Shown in pieces: positions 28,930-42,085 of a stretch of DNA of 64,000 bases (position 1 is its first letter; each line of letters starts with the position of its first letter). The notes under the pieces were generated by a model. The model saw nothing but the letters and a program-made list of their open reading frames with translations. It did not search any database and was not told the origin of the DNA. The stretch spans positions 12,028,001 through 12,092,000 of the forward strand of contig OX597828.1 of assembly GCA_951406725.2 (NCBI GenBank), read 5' to 3'. The position numbers and the translations under genes were made by a program. The DNA comes from Octopus vulgaris. Its lineage: Eukaryota.

Positions 28930-29196
28930 TGTGTTTATATATGAAAGAATAACTAATTATTTGTTAATTGTTTATTGTTATTATTATTATAATTATTATT
29001 ATTATTTTATATATTTAGCTAAATGTAAACTCACGCATATTTAATGTATCTAATCTGTATATATATATCTGTGTGTGTGCATGTATGTGTATGTATGAGT
29101 TTATATATATGTGTGTGTGCGTGTGTGTGTGTGTGTGTATGTATGAGTGCGTGTGTTTGTGCGAGTTTGTGTGTGTATGCGTATGTATGTATATAA

Positions 29197-29240
<44 letters not shown>

Positions 29241-29447
29241 CGAGAGTGAAAGGGAGAGATGTATATGCTAATTATTTATTGTTATTATAATTATTTTATT
29301 TTCTATATATTTAGGTAAATATATGCTCACATATATACGATGTATCTAATGTGTATATATGTATATATGTGTGTGTGTGTAGATATATAGATATGTATAT
29401 ATGGATGTGTCTATATGTATGTATGTGTATATGTGTTTATGTATGTG

Positions 29448-29508
<61 letters not shown>

Positions 29509-29735
29509 GTATATGTGTTTATAGGTATATAGGAATTCCCTCTATATATTTGAATTCATATACATGTTATGTCCCGCTAAGTGCCGGGGACATAAACACA
29601 CAGCATCGGTTGTCAAGCAATGCTAGGGGGACAAACACAGACACACAAACATATACACACACACTTATATATATATATATATATACATATATACGACAGG
29701 CTTCTTTCAGTTTCCGTCTACCAAATCCACTCACA

Positions 29736-29775
<40 letters not shown>

Positions 29776-29783
29776 AGGGGGAA

Positions 29784-29865
<82 letters not shown>

Positions 29866-31096
29866 TTGTTCTTAAACAAGGATATTCTTGATAGTGAGAA
29901 GAGTATTTTGGACAGTCAAGCAATCGTCTGCCGGTGGCTTAACTCGCTGAAACTTTGAAATCAGTCAACAGTATTTTTGCTTCGGAAGAAAGTTTTATGC
30001 ACATGCACACTTACACATGGATACAGGCATGGGTGTTATTGTATGTATGGACTATATTTCATCTGTTTCGAATGATCGGTAGTATTCCTTGTTAGATATT
30101 GGAGAAATAATCTGGTAAATGATAGTAATATTACTATGCGGGCTTGCACATTTGTATGATAAGCATGTATGTATATATGTATTTATGTATGTCATTATTC
30201 AGCTTTATTTCAAGATTTCTTGCCAATAGAAGAGAGGTGGTTTCTGATCTAAATCCAAGGCGCCTTCATTGGAATTTCAACAACATCAACGCGGTATTTT
30301 TGCTTGTATGAGTTATGTGTACAGTATTTGAAGTCAGTGCATGTCGAGACATCTGCACATGTAAACTTAAATGATATATTTCTGGGAAGCTTTACAAAAT
30401 TTTACAGTTTCACTAATGGCTTGGATCTGTTGACTTCGAATAAGTTTTCTCCTTTTTCATTTTGAGAAGCTTAGGTAGAGTAACTGCAGATTTCTCAACA
30501 GTTCAGCGTAGGTATCTCCCTTCTCGTTCACATCTGCTGGGCAGCTAATTTCCCTTACTATTTATGTATGTATGTATGTATGTATGTATGTATGTATGTA
30601 TGTATGTATGTATGTATGTATGTATGTATGTATTATGTATGTATTTATGTATGTATGTATTATGTATGATTGCACAGTTTTTTCTTTTTAATTTAGAATT
30701 ACGGGCTTCTTTCAGTTTCTGTCTACCTAATCCACTCATAAGGCTTTGGTCGACTAGAAGCCATAGTAGAAGACACTTGCCCAATGTTCCATGTAGCGGG
30801 ACTGAACCCGCAACCATATGGTTGGGAAGCAAGCTTCTTACCACACTGCCATGCCTGGGTAAAAATTATCAAAATTTAAAACCCCATAACATTTTAAAAT
30901 TTTTTCTGGAAAAAGTGAAATATCTCCAGAGATTTTGCTTGAAAAATTACATCAATACACCAAATTTTAAAATTTTCACAGGTACAGCCAAACAGAAAAG
31001 ATGCGCAGTGAGTAATAGAAGATTTAGATTAATTAATATATTCAAAACAGAAACAGAAGAAAAGAGAGTCTGACTGACAGCTTGAGGGGCAGAAAC

Positions 31097-31098
<2 letters not shown>

Positions 31099-31160
<62 letters not shown>

Positions 31161-31237
31161 GTAGGTGGGTGGGTAGGTAGGACGGTGGGTAGGTAGGTAG
31201 GTAGGTAGGTAGGTAGGTAGGAAGTTTAGTAGGTAGG

Positions 31238-31296
<59 letters not shown>

Positions 31297-31385
31297 GTAG
31301 GTAGGTAGGTGGGTGGGTAGGTAGGTGGGTAGGTAGGTAGGTAGGTAGGTAAGTGGGTAGGTAGGAAGTTTAGTAGGTAGGTAGG

Positions 31386-31444
<59 letters not shown>

Positions 31445-31527
31445 GTATGTAGGGAGGTAGGGAGGTAGATAAATAGATAGATAGCTAGATAGAGAGAGAG
31501 AGAGAGAGAAATAGAGAGAGATAGAGA

Positions 31528-31569
<42 letters not shown>

Positions 31570-31630
31570 AAAAGAAGTAAAGAGAGAAAGAAAGAAAAAA
31601 GAAAGAAAGGTAGTAGGTAGGTAAGTAGAT
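31099..31630. repeat. Compound (GATA)n/(GGTA)n/(GA)n/(GAAA)n repeat
   Basis: Seen directly. The (GATA)n-(GGTA)n-gaagtttagt block is itself duplicated. Confidence 0.95.
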
Positions 31631-31903
31631 ACATTCTGGAAACTTTCCTATTGGTACCTTCGTGACGAATATTAAGTGCTGACGAAACTCATCTAACCGC
31701 GCTTAACTATAGATAGAATACAAGAAAAATTACAGAACATATTGATAAAGAACGCCGACAGACAGACAGGGGTATACACAGACAGACAGGGGTATACACA
31801 GACAGATATATATCTGGTGGGATGGCGTGGAGGCACTCGGCTTTTTTAATGTTAATTGTCGTGGTTGGATATAACGATGTTGGTAATGGCATCGCCGACA
31901 ACA

Positions 31904-31937
<34 letters not shown>

Positions 31938-32208
31938 GGAGGATGATGATGATGGTGGTGGTGGTTGTGATGGTTGTGGTGGGAGTGTTGGCATTGGTTA
32001 CAGTCACGGTAGTCATCGGTGGTGGTGATGGTGGTGGTGATGGTGGTACCGATAGTGCTAGAAGTAGACGGCGGCGGCCGCGATGATGGTGTGTTTCTGG
32101 GTAGTGATGGCACAGATACTGCTGATTATGAGCGGTGGTGGTGGTGGGGGGTTATCCACTACGAACGGTGATGATGATAGTAGTTGAGTAAATGGTGATA
32201 ATAATGAT

Positions 32209-32243
<35 letters not shown>

Positions 32244-32619
32244 TGACGTCGATGAAAGAAAACGAAGAAGCGGCTTTCTGACTAATTTCCTCCAGATCAT
32301 TGTGAAAAACAAACGTGCCATGTCGGAATTATCTGCTATACACCGAAAAGCCATTTTTTTTCTTTTTCTCTTTTCCTACATTACAATTAATTGATTGATT
32401 GATGGTCTCTTAATTTGTTGTTGTTGCTGTTGTTGTTGTTGTTGTTCATGTGTTGTTGTTTTCTCGTTGTCGTTGTTGTTGTCTTCTGTTTTGCGAAATA
32501 GATTTCAGATAAAAGAATGAGGCATGTTGAGATTTTCCAATCTTCTCTGATATTTTACAATAAAAAATTAGAAATGTACAAAAGGTGATACGTAGAGTGA
32601 AAGCGGCATGTGTGTGTGC

Positions 32620-32659
<40 letters not shown>

Positions 32660-32917
32660 ATGGATGTGTGCATATACACACAAACATATATATACTTATA
32701 TATGTATAAGTGTATATATATTTAAACATACATATATATATGCATATGTGTGTATATACATACATACATACATAAGTGTATGTATATAATGTGTATATAT
32801 ATATATATATATATATACGCACACCCACACACACGCACATACACACACACATCAATGTATATTCCCGCACATGCATATATATGTATTCCTAGATATGCAT
32901 ATGTACATATCTAAAAG

Positions 32918-32954
<37 letters not shown>

Positions 32955-33109
32955 ACACACTAACACCTTACATATACGCATTTGTATATTCATATATGTG
33001 TTTCTGCATATCGATATATTGATATGCAAAAATTATGCATAGAAGGCTATACATACGTGTGTGTTCTTGAGGGTGTGCGTGTGTGTTTGTATATATGTAT
33101 GTATATATG

Positions 33110-33156
<47 letters not shown>

Positions 33157-33175
33157 ATATATGATATATATATAC

Positions 33176-33210
<35 letters not shown>

Positions 33211-33361
33211 CATACTCATGCATACATACCTGTCTGTGTGTGCATGTGTATGTGAACTTGTATGAATGTAGTTTATATGTACAATTATGTGTATATATTC
33301 AAATACATATCTAAAATGTGTTTGCGCAGTGTGTGTCAACATATATCAATACATGCATGTG

Positions 33362-33412
<51 letters not shown>

Positions 33413-33550
33413 CGGAGATGTACTCGCATAGCAAGTAATTTGATCTGAGATCGTGTGCTGAAACGAAAACAATTGCAGCGTGGGAGGTGTTTATAAGCCA
33501 TTTAAGAAACACACAAAAGCCGTTCGATTCACTCCAACATTTAAGTTTAA

Positions 33551-33600
33551 TTTGTCAAAATATTTTCGTCGCTAAAATCCGCGACCTGTTCACTGACAAA
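33551..33600 (-). ncRNA. Mirror copy of the G3:C8 hammerhead motif
   Basis: Exact reverse complement of 33635-33684. Confidence 0.65.
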
Positions 33601-33634
33601 GTCCGTGCTGCATCTCCTGAGATGCAGCACGGAC

Positions 33635-33684
33635 TTTGTCAGTGAACAGGTCGCGGATTTTAGCGACGAAAATATTTTGACAAA
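33635..33684 (+). ncRNA. Putative minimal hammerhead with G3:C8 core variant
   Basis: tttgtca-GTGAACA-g-gtcgc(ggatttta)gcgac-GAAA-a(ta)-TTT-tgacaaa, with a 7-bp stem I, a 5-bp stem II and a palindromic stem/loop III (aatatt). Confidence 0.65.
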
Positions 33685-33760
33685 TTAAACTTAAATGTTG
33701 GAGTGAATCGAACGGCTTTTGTGTGTTTCTTAAATGGCTTATAAACACCTCCACGCTGCA

Positions 33761-33811
<51 letters not shown>

Positions 33812-33923
33812 TTTTATGTATTGGCTTATGTTTTTCATTGTTTGATTCGCCTAATAGTGGTTTTATCTCTAATTTAAATATAATATATATATACATATAT
33901 ACATACGTACATGTACATACATA

Positions 33924-33954
<31 letters not shown>

Positions 33955-34589
33955 GTTATATACATACATACACACACACATATATACATATGATATATAT
34001 CAATACATATCCCTGCATATACACGTGCATATATATACAAATGTTTATATGCATATTGCATATGAGCTATGTATAGTTGTTTAAATCCATGTATGTATGT
34101 ATGTATATATATCTACGTATATGTATGTACGTAGGTATGTATGCATGCATGTATGTATGTATGTATGTATGTTTGTATGTATGCATATATGTGTGATCGC
34201 CTGTATTGGCATACGCACATTGTTGAATGGGTGTATGGGTGTGTGTGACCATGTGTAAGCGCGCTCGTCTGTATCTGATTATTACTTTTTTCGTTTCTTT
34301 TTTTCGTTTTTGATGTTTCTATTTTTGCGGTATTTCCTTGGCGAAAATTTGAAGCTGCAATAATAAAAACTGCGAAAATATGTTACAATCTGCTATTAGC
34401 TGCAACAATCTATAAAACAAACTTTTACAAACAATTCGTAGACTTTAGCCGCTTCCTCCACCTCCGCCTCCCTTCCTTTTGCCACCTGTTTCTTGATATT
34501 TTTCTTCTTATTCTTATTATTATTATTTCTTTTTCCTTTCCTTACTTTTTCTTCTTTTCTTTCTAATTCGCCTTTGCATTTTTTCTATT

Positions 34590-34967
34590 TCGTCTCCTTC
34601 TAATCTCCTCCCCCTTCCTCCTCTTCCTCCTCCTTCTTTCGTACAGTCTATTTCTTCTTTTTCTTCATCTTTCTCTTCATCATCATCATTATCATCGTCG
34701 TCATCGTCATCTTTTTCTTCGTCTTTTTCTACTTTTTTTCATCATCATCATCATCATCATCAATATCATCATCATCGTTATCTTCTTCTTCTTCTTCTTC
34801 TTCTTCAACTACTACTACTACTACTACCACTACTACTACCACTACTACTACCACTACTACTACCACTACGTTTACAACAACAACGACAACTATTACTACT
34901 ACAACTGCTACTACATCTACTACCTCTACTACTACTACTGCAACTACTACTACTACTACTACTACTG

Positions 34968-35009
<42 letters not shown>

Positions 35010-35225
35010 TTACTACTACTACTACTGTTTATTTTCTTCCTCGTCTCTTCCTTCTTTTACATTCTTCTTCATTTTATTCAGCATCATCATCGTCATCGTA
35101 ATCATCATTATAATTATCTCCTTCTCCTCTTCCCTCTCTTTCCTACCATCATCGTCACCACCGTCATCCTCGTCATTGTCGTCATCACATTATCGTCGTT
35201 GTTGTTGTTGTTGATGTTGTTATTG
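34590..35225. repeat. Low-complexity trinucleotide mosaic (TCT/TCA/CTA/TTG)
   Basis: Seen directly. Confidence 0.9.
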
Positions 35226-35896
35226 CCGCTTTGTTTTTTTGTTTTTTTTCAGAAAATTTTCTCTCAGATTTAAACGAATTTCCAGGAAGTAACCACTTGG
35301 AAGATGATATGTCGTTTACAAAATCTCATGAATAGATTGTCGCTTTGCATAAAACGGTTCTTTTGTCTTTCTTTCTTTCTCTCTCTCCATCTCTCTCTCT
35401 CTTTCTCTCTCTTTTTTCTTCCTTTCTTTCCTTCTTTAAGTATCTATTAACAGTTCAATAGCGATTAAATCAAGAGGAAAACCTAATTTTTACAATGAGT
35501 ACAATATCAACTCGTATCTGTGATCAAGAAATTTTGCTTTTATACATTTTTACTCGATTTGATTGCATATTCTTTTTGTTTCATTGTTTCTGCATCTTGC
35601 TGTCGTTGTTGAAGTTGCAGTAGTGGTGCCTGCCGTTGTTGCTGTTGCTGTGGTAGTTGTTGATGATTTCGTTGTAGTTTTTAGTACGAGCACAGCCTCA
35701 TAAACCTTTAATTTTTTCAGTCATTTGATAGCGGCCATGCTGAAGCACAGCCTTTAGTCGAGCAAATCGACCCCAGGACTTATTCTTTGTAAGCCTAGTA
35801 CTTATTCTACGGTATCTTTTGCCGAACCACTAAGTTACGGGAACGTAAACACACCAGCATGTTGGGGGTACAAACACAGACACACAAACACACACT

Positions 35897-35975
<79 letters not shown>

Positions 35976-35977
<2 letters not shown>

Positions 35978-36220
35978 TTCTTTACTACCCACAAGGGGCT
36001 AAACACAGAGGAGACAAACAAGGACAGACAAACGGATTAAGTCGATTACATCGACCCCAGTGCGTAATTGGCACTTAATTTATCGACCCCGGAAGGATGA
36101 AAGGCAAAGTCGACCTCGGCGGAATTTGAACTCGGAACGTAAGGGCAGACGAAATACCACTAAGCATTACGGCTACGCATTTCGCCCGGCGTGCTAACGA
36201 TTCTGCCAGCGCGCTGCCTT
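35976..36220 (-). mobile_element. SINE family B with Tx1-like tail
   Basis: Full head, core and tail. Abuts the (TA)n of a family A SINE at 35715-35975. Confidence 0.88.
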
Positions 36221-36756
36221 CCTCTGTGACCTTATACCGATGTCCCGGTTCCATCCTAGAAAGAAAACAATTCGAAGGAAGGACGATAACTGAAGCAGAA
36301 GAGCGAATATGGTTGCTTCATCGACTTGCTATAAATAGCAGGCAAACCACTGTCAACTTATGTACTACCGTATGTTTTTGGACATAAAGTCGCAGGCACG
36401 ACCATGGACACTGGTATAGCTGATTAAGAAGCTCGCTTTGCAGTTATGTGCTTTCAGGTTCAGTCCCACTCAGTTTGTGTCTCATTGCGTTTGTCCTTGC
36501 CTTTCTGCAGCTTGACAACCAGTGTTCATTTATTTATAAAGTATAAACTAGCGGTTCGGTAAAAGACATCGATAGAATAATTAGCAGACTTTTAAAAAAT
36601 AAGCACTGCTGTTCTGTCGATTTGATCCGATAAAAAGCATAAAGCGATACTCTAGCATAGGCGCGGGCCAATGACTGAAGCAATTAAAATATAGAGTATT
36701 GTAGATAACATGCTTCAAGATATACATTTTACCAGAACAGACGGAAAGCATTTCAA

Positions 36757-37155
36757 CGTGGTAAGTAGCTTGCTTACCAACATGGTTCCGGGTTCAGTCC
36801 CACTGCGTGGCACCTTAAGCAAGTGTCTTCTACTATGACCTCGGGCCGACCAAAGCCTTCTGGGTGGACTTGGTAGACGGAAACTGAAAAAAGCCCGTCG
36901 TATATATGTATATATATATATACGGCGGCGAGCTGGCAGAATCGTTAGCACGCCGGGCGAAATGCGTAGCCGTATTTCGTCTGCCGTTACGTTCTGAGTT
37001 CAAAATTCCGCCGAGGTCGACTTTGCCTTTCATCCTTTCGGAGTCGATTAAAGAAGTACCAGTTACGCACTGGGGTTCGATATAATCGACCTAATCCGTT
37101 TGTCCGTTCTTGTTTGTCCCCTCTGTGTGTGGCTCCTTGTGGGCAGTAAAGAAAT
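36757..37155 (+). mobile_element. SINE A head followed by a full SINE B at its (TA)n
   Basis: A head 36757-36900, TA tract, then B 36923-37155 with Tx1-like tail. Confidence 0.85.
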
Positions 37156-37596
37156 ACGTATATGGTCACAGAGGAAGTGGTAGCGGATATTTGCTAAATT
37201 TAATCGATATTATTTATCGCATCACGCAAAGGTGATTTCATCAGTGTTTGAACTCGGAGTAAAGAGGCGTGATCATAACATCACAAGGCCAGCGTGGCAT
37301 TATCAATATTATTTCCAGAAACGCACCATTTTCATCGAGTGGCAGATTGTCTTAGAAAGCAGACCAAAACGAAACATTTGCAGATAAATCAGAATATATG
37401 TATGGGTGTAAGAATCCGTGCATGTACACACGCGCACGCGTGTTAGTGAGTGAGTGCATGTATATTGAGAAATGTTCATATGTGAGTATATATATATTAT
37501 TGTGATCTTTTTTTCCCTCGAATAATTATATAAGTGTGTTCGTACTTGTATGAGGGCATGTGTGTGTGTATGTGTGTATACACTATGTCTCTCTCC

Positions 37597-37664
<68 letters not shown>

Positions 37665-37735
37665 ATGTATGTATATATATATATGTATATATAATATATA
37701 TATTATATATATGTATATGTATATATATATTTATA

Positions 37736-38370
37736 TATAATTAGTGAATGGAAGAAATGGAGTTGAACGAAGATTGTACAGAATTCCTTTTATTACATTC
37801 TACACATGTTTCAAAGGCCACAATTTTCCAAATTCTGATTAAATAAGGATACCATATTGCAGCATTCTCTTCAGGAAAAACCAGGAATTACGTTGTCAGA
37901 ACAAAACAAAACAGAGGCGCAGCAAAGCAATTCGAACGAGGACGCTCCTTAAGAGCCCATGGATAAACAGTTTATCCATGGGCTCTTAAGGAGCGTCCTC
38001 GTTCGAATTGCTTTGCTGCGCCTCTGTTTTGTTTTGTTCTGACAACGTAATTCCTGGTTTTTCTTGAAGAGAAAGCTGCAATATGGTATCCTTATTTAAT
38101 CAGAATTTGGAAAATTGTGGCCTTTGAAACATGTGTAGAATGTAATAAAAGGAATTCTGTACAATCTTCGTTCAACTCCATTTCTTCCATTCACTAATTA
38201 TATTAAACTTCAATTATCCGCACCAACGCACGGTTGCAACACCATATGGTCTTATCTCCAACCGTGGTTTTTTTTGTTTTTTTTTTCTGCTGTGATTTTT
38301 GCTACCCAGGTATCGGTTAAACTTTTGAATAATCTGTAACAAGAAAATTCATCTTTCCATTTCAACAAAC
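37736..38370. mobile_element. Fold-back insert in (TA)n
   Basis: Arms 37736-37968 and 37970-38202 (233 bp, 2 mismatches seen, 1-nt centre) plus a ~170-bp unpaired extension before (TA)n resumes. Confidence 0.88.
37798..37877 (-). ncRNA. Putative minimal hammerhead (mirror on + at ~38061-38140 with C3>T)
   Basis: Minus strand ttc-CTGAAGA-gaatgctgca...tgtggccttt-GAAA-c(atgt)-GTA-gaa, with an acatgt palindrome in stem/loop III. Stem I is only 3 bp. Confidence 0.5.
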
Positions 38371-38383
38371 ACATATATTTATA

Positions 38384-38449
<66 letters not shown>

Positions 38450-38494
38450 CATGTGATTAAATATATATATATAATTGTATGTATGCATATATAC

Positions 38495-38539
<45 letters not shown>

Positions 38540-39334
38540 CATATATATATAACAATTTAATAAATAAAACATATGCATACATACATACATGTACATACCT
38601 ACATCTATATGTATATATACATGCATATATATATATGAGTATATGCATGTTTATTTGTATGAATCTGTGCATATGTGCATAGAAAAAGAGAGAGAAAGAG
38701 AGAGAGAGAGAGGAACAGGGATGGGAGGGTTTCCTGTAGGTTAGGTCTATTTATTTTAAACTTCATATAATAATTTGATATTCAATAGAATTCTTGCCAC
38801 TGAATTTTAGAATTAAGAAAATATTATTACCCTCAAAAACTGAACCGAACTTAATAATGGCTTCAAATTTTCGAACAAGGCCAACAGTTTTTGAGGGCAT
38901 CGACTTCAGTACTAGACTGTAAGTCTCAAAATGATGAAAACATAAGCAGGCTTCGGCGGGATATGAACTCAGAATGTAAAGGGGAACAAAATTCCGTTAA
39001 GCTCACAGCCTTATATAATAATAAATAGATAAATAAAATTAAATAATGAAATTGAAACCCCTTTCTACTAAAGGAAGAATACTTAAAATATGTGGGGAGG
39101 GGACTAGTGGATTACATCGAACCCAAAGTGTCACTGATACTTTATTTATCGATCCCGAAAGGATGAAAGGCAAAGTCGACGAAATTTGATCTCAGAAGGT
39201 AAGGACGAAATGCCGTTAAGCATTTTATACGGGCGTGCTAACGGTGTCGATAGCTTGACGCCTTAATAATCCTTTCTACTATAGGCGCAAGGCCTGACAT
39301 TGAGGGAAGCAGAAAGTCGATTATGAAATACCTA

Positions 39335-39565
39335 TTTCTTTACTACCCACAAGGGGCTAAACACAGAGGGGACAAACAAGGACAGACAAACGGATTAAGT
39401 CGATTATATCGACCCCAGTGTGTAACTGGTACTTATTTAATCGACCCCGAAAGGATGAAAGGCAAAATCGACCTCGGCGGAATTTGAACTCACAACGTAA
39501 CGGCAGGCGAAATACCGGTAAGCATTTCGCCCGGCGTGCTAACGATTCTGCCAGCGCGCCGCCTT
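39335..39565 (-). mobile_element. SINE family B with Tx1-like tail
   Basis: Full head, core and tail. Confidence 0.88.
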
Positions 39566-39906
39566 CAGACGCCCTAATAATGAAATTAGTAATAGGACCG
39601 TTCTCTTATCCACCAGACACAACACTTACAGAAAAAAAGAAATACATTGTAGCCTGCATTCCTGATCTGACGTTCAGTCTCCTTGATCGATTAGCTTGTG
39701 AAACAACTAGATACCCGACTGATTGAAGAATTTTCCGAAACTATATCCGGTGTCGATGAATGCTAGTTAGGCCTTGAACAGCAGGAAAGAACTTCACGAA
39801 GCAAACTAGTTGCTATAGCAACACCTGTCTGCACATGTCACCTTCTTCCTTCCGTCCCCACCTCTTCCCCCTTACACACACACACACACGCGCGCACAAA
39901 CACACA

Positions 39907-39944
<38 letters not shown>

Positions 39945-39983
39945 CACACATTAGAGCAACAAACTTTTCCAATTACCGCTTTG

Positions 39984-40429
39984 GGATCTTTTCGGTTTGA
40001 ACGACAGTTTTTTTCTAGCGGTGTCATATGAAATTGTTACCCATAATTATGACCCTAGTATCGATCTATTGCATTTCAATCAATTTTAGTTAGGGTTACT
40101 TAGGTTACTTAGGGTTAGGGTTAGGGTTAGGGGTGGGGGGAAGGGCATATTTTTTTCTTAAGAATTGTAAATAAACCCAATCATTTTCTTAAACGAGGGA
40201 CATATTCATACGGCACAGAATGTTTTTCCATCAATGGACGTCAGTGATTGGTTGAAATTGCAGAAATTGAAGAAAAAAAACAACAAATATCTTACAAACT
40301 ATAGAATTTTCTCAATAAAGCCAAGAGAAAAAGATGTTTTATAAACACATTCTACTAGTATACGAAGTTTAAAATTTCTTAGTTACCTAGAAAGTATGTT
40401 AAAAACTGCCGTTCAAACCGAAATGATCC
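39984..40429. mobile_element. MITE with ~29-bp TIRs and internal TTAGGG repeats
   Basis: TIRs ggatcttttcggtttgaacgacagttttt and aaaaactgccgttcaaaccgaaatgatcc. (TTAGGG)-like run at ~40089-40132. Confidence 0.85.
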
Positions 40430-41797
40430 ACACTTTTTCCAAATGTCCTGAAGAAGCAAGCTCCACCCCCGAAATATAGAAATACAAGGTAAAACTGTAA
40501 CACTGTTCTATTCTCTTTTCCTTTTGTAATTTACTTCGTACCTTTCGGCTTTATTCACCCACCTCCTTTAAAACAGTACCTCACAATGCTTCTCTAAAAC
40601 TACATCATTTTAATTAAGATTTTTCGTAGGGCATTGAGCAAGTGAGATAAATATTGGTTTCAAATTTTGGAACATGGCCATTGATTTCGAGGGAGGATAA
40701 TATCGATTACATAGACTCCAGTGTTGAACTGCTGCTATTTTATCGACCTCGAAGGATGAAAAGCAAAGTTGACCGCAGCAGAATTTGAACTCAGTTTGAA
40801 CTGCTATTTCAATAGAATGAGCAATCATCTAGAAAGATTCTCATTGGATCGACAAATATGATTTCTGATAAAGACACTGCGATAGAAATGTTTTATCTAC
40901 GGGGAAAACATATAGGAGATAAAAATCGATTCCAATACTTGATATCTTATTTTATCAACTATCACTATCCTTAGGATCCATAAACGGTAAAGAAGATCTT
41001 AGCAGGGTTTGTTTCTATGATATAAACTGCTTAAAAAGAAAACATCCTATTCTACCAACACACCACCCGTTCGTGACGCAACGCAAAAACAATAGCGATT
41101 CGCAATGTTCTATTGTAAAACATTTGTTCTCGTGTGAAATTATAAAATTGTAAAGAAGATATTGTCTAGTCAGCATGTTTCTTTATTTGTTCTTTTATTC
41201 TATCTCATTTCATTTTTATCTTTATTGAGTGTTTGTGAACAATAGTGTCTTAGTGAAAGTCATTTAGTCCATGTTTATTTTTGTTTTGTTTCTTGTTTTT
41301 TATAAGGTACGGGTCCGAAGAAAGCATTGACGTCCTCGTCCGAACCGTGGTTTCGAATTATTCTTTGTTATATGTTCTTCGTTATATGTTTTTAGTTATA
41401 TGTTCTGCTGTTTTAGCATGATTGATTTTAACATCGATTTACATCAAGGGTCATTCAGGTACTTTTGCCACTGCACAGAAACAATTTTCAGATCCTATAT
41501 GGTGGCTAACAATGTAATATTTTGCAACAAATAACAGACGCAGCACTCTTCATTTCAAAACTAGAATTTAGAAAACCTTTCTATAAATCAGTAAACAAAA
41601 ACTTCAACCTTGAAGCTGCAAAAGAGATAAACGGAGGAAGCATCATTCATGCATCGGTAACTTGATAGAACCCTAAGTGTGCCACTACCCGATTGCTATC
41701 GTCTCACCAGAAGGCAGTAAGCATATGGAGCTCGAGTTCAGACAGCGGCAGAACAGCAGCTAACTTGCAATTATTAGGCTATAAGAAAATCCAGTGT

Positions 41798-42085
41798 GGA
41801 GGCGCAATGGCCCAGTGGTTAGGGCAGCGGACTCGCGGGCGGAGGATCAGATTTCGATTAGTTTATTGAGGGAAAACACCTAAAGCTCCACGAGGCTCCG
41901 GCAAGGGGTGGTGGTGACCCCTGTTGTACTCTTTCGCCCCAACTTTCTCTCACTCTTTCTTGCTATTTCTTGAGTAACGCTGCGATGGACCGGCGTCCCG
42001 TCCAGCTGGGGGAGGGGGAAACACATACGCCATAGAAACCGGAAAACCGGGTCCATGAGCCTGGCTAGGCTTGAAAAGGGCGTAT
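41798..42085 (+). mobile_element. SINE family C with A-rich tail
   Basis: ggaggcgcaatggcccagtggttagggcagcggactcgcgg tRNA-like head, ending in an A-rich run. Confidence 0.85.

Larger units (their letters stand above)
33411..33764. mobile_element. Fold-back insert in (TA)n
   Basis: Arms 33470-33616 and 33619-33764 are identical except for one 1-nt indel, with a 2-nt centre. (TA)n on both sides. Confidence 0.85.

Noticed and set aside
31707-32354. His/Asp/Ser/Pro-rich ORFs resembling transcription-factor low-complexity regions
   Set aside because: (GAT)/(GGT) repeat mosaic open in several frames, with no domain or splice evidence.
40089-40132. Telomere or chromosome-fusion scar
   Set aside because: Only a few repeats, and they lie inside a TIR-bounded element.
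40445-40490. CTGAAGA...GAAA string
   Set aside because: No consistent stems II, III or I. At most a decayed relic.
41798-41860. tRNA-like sequences here and in other SINE heads
   Set aside because: They continue into SINE bodies and lack a complete cloverleaf, so they are not tRNA genes.
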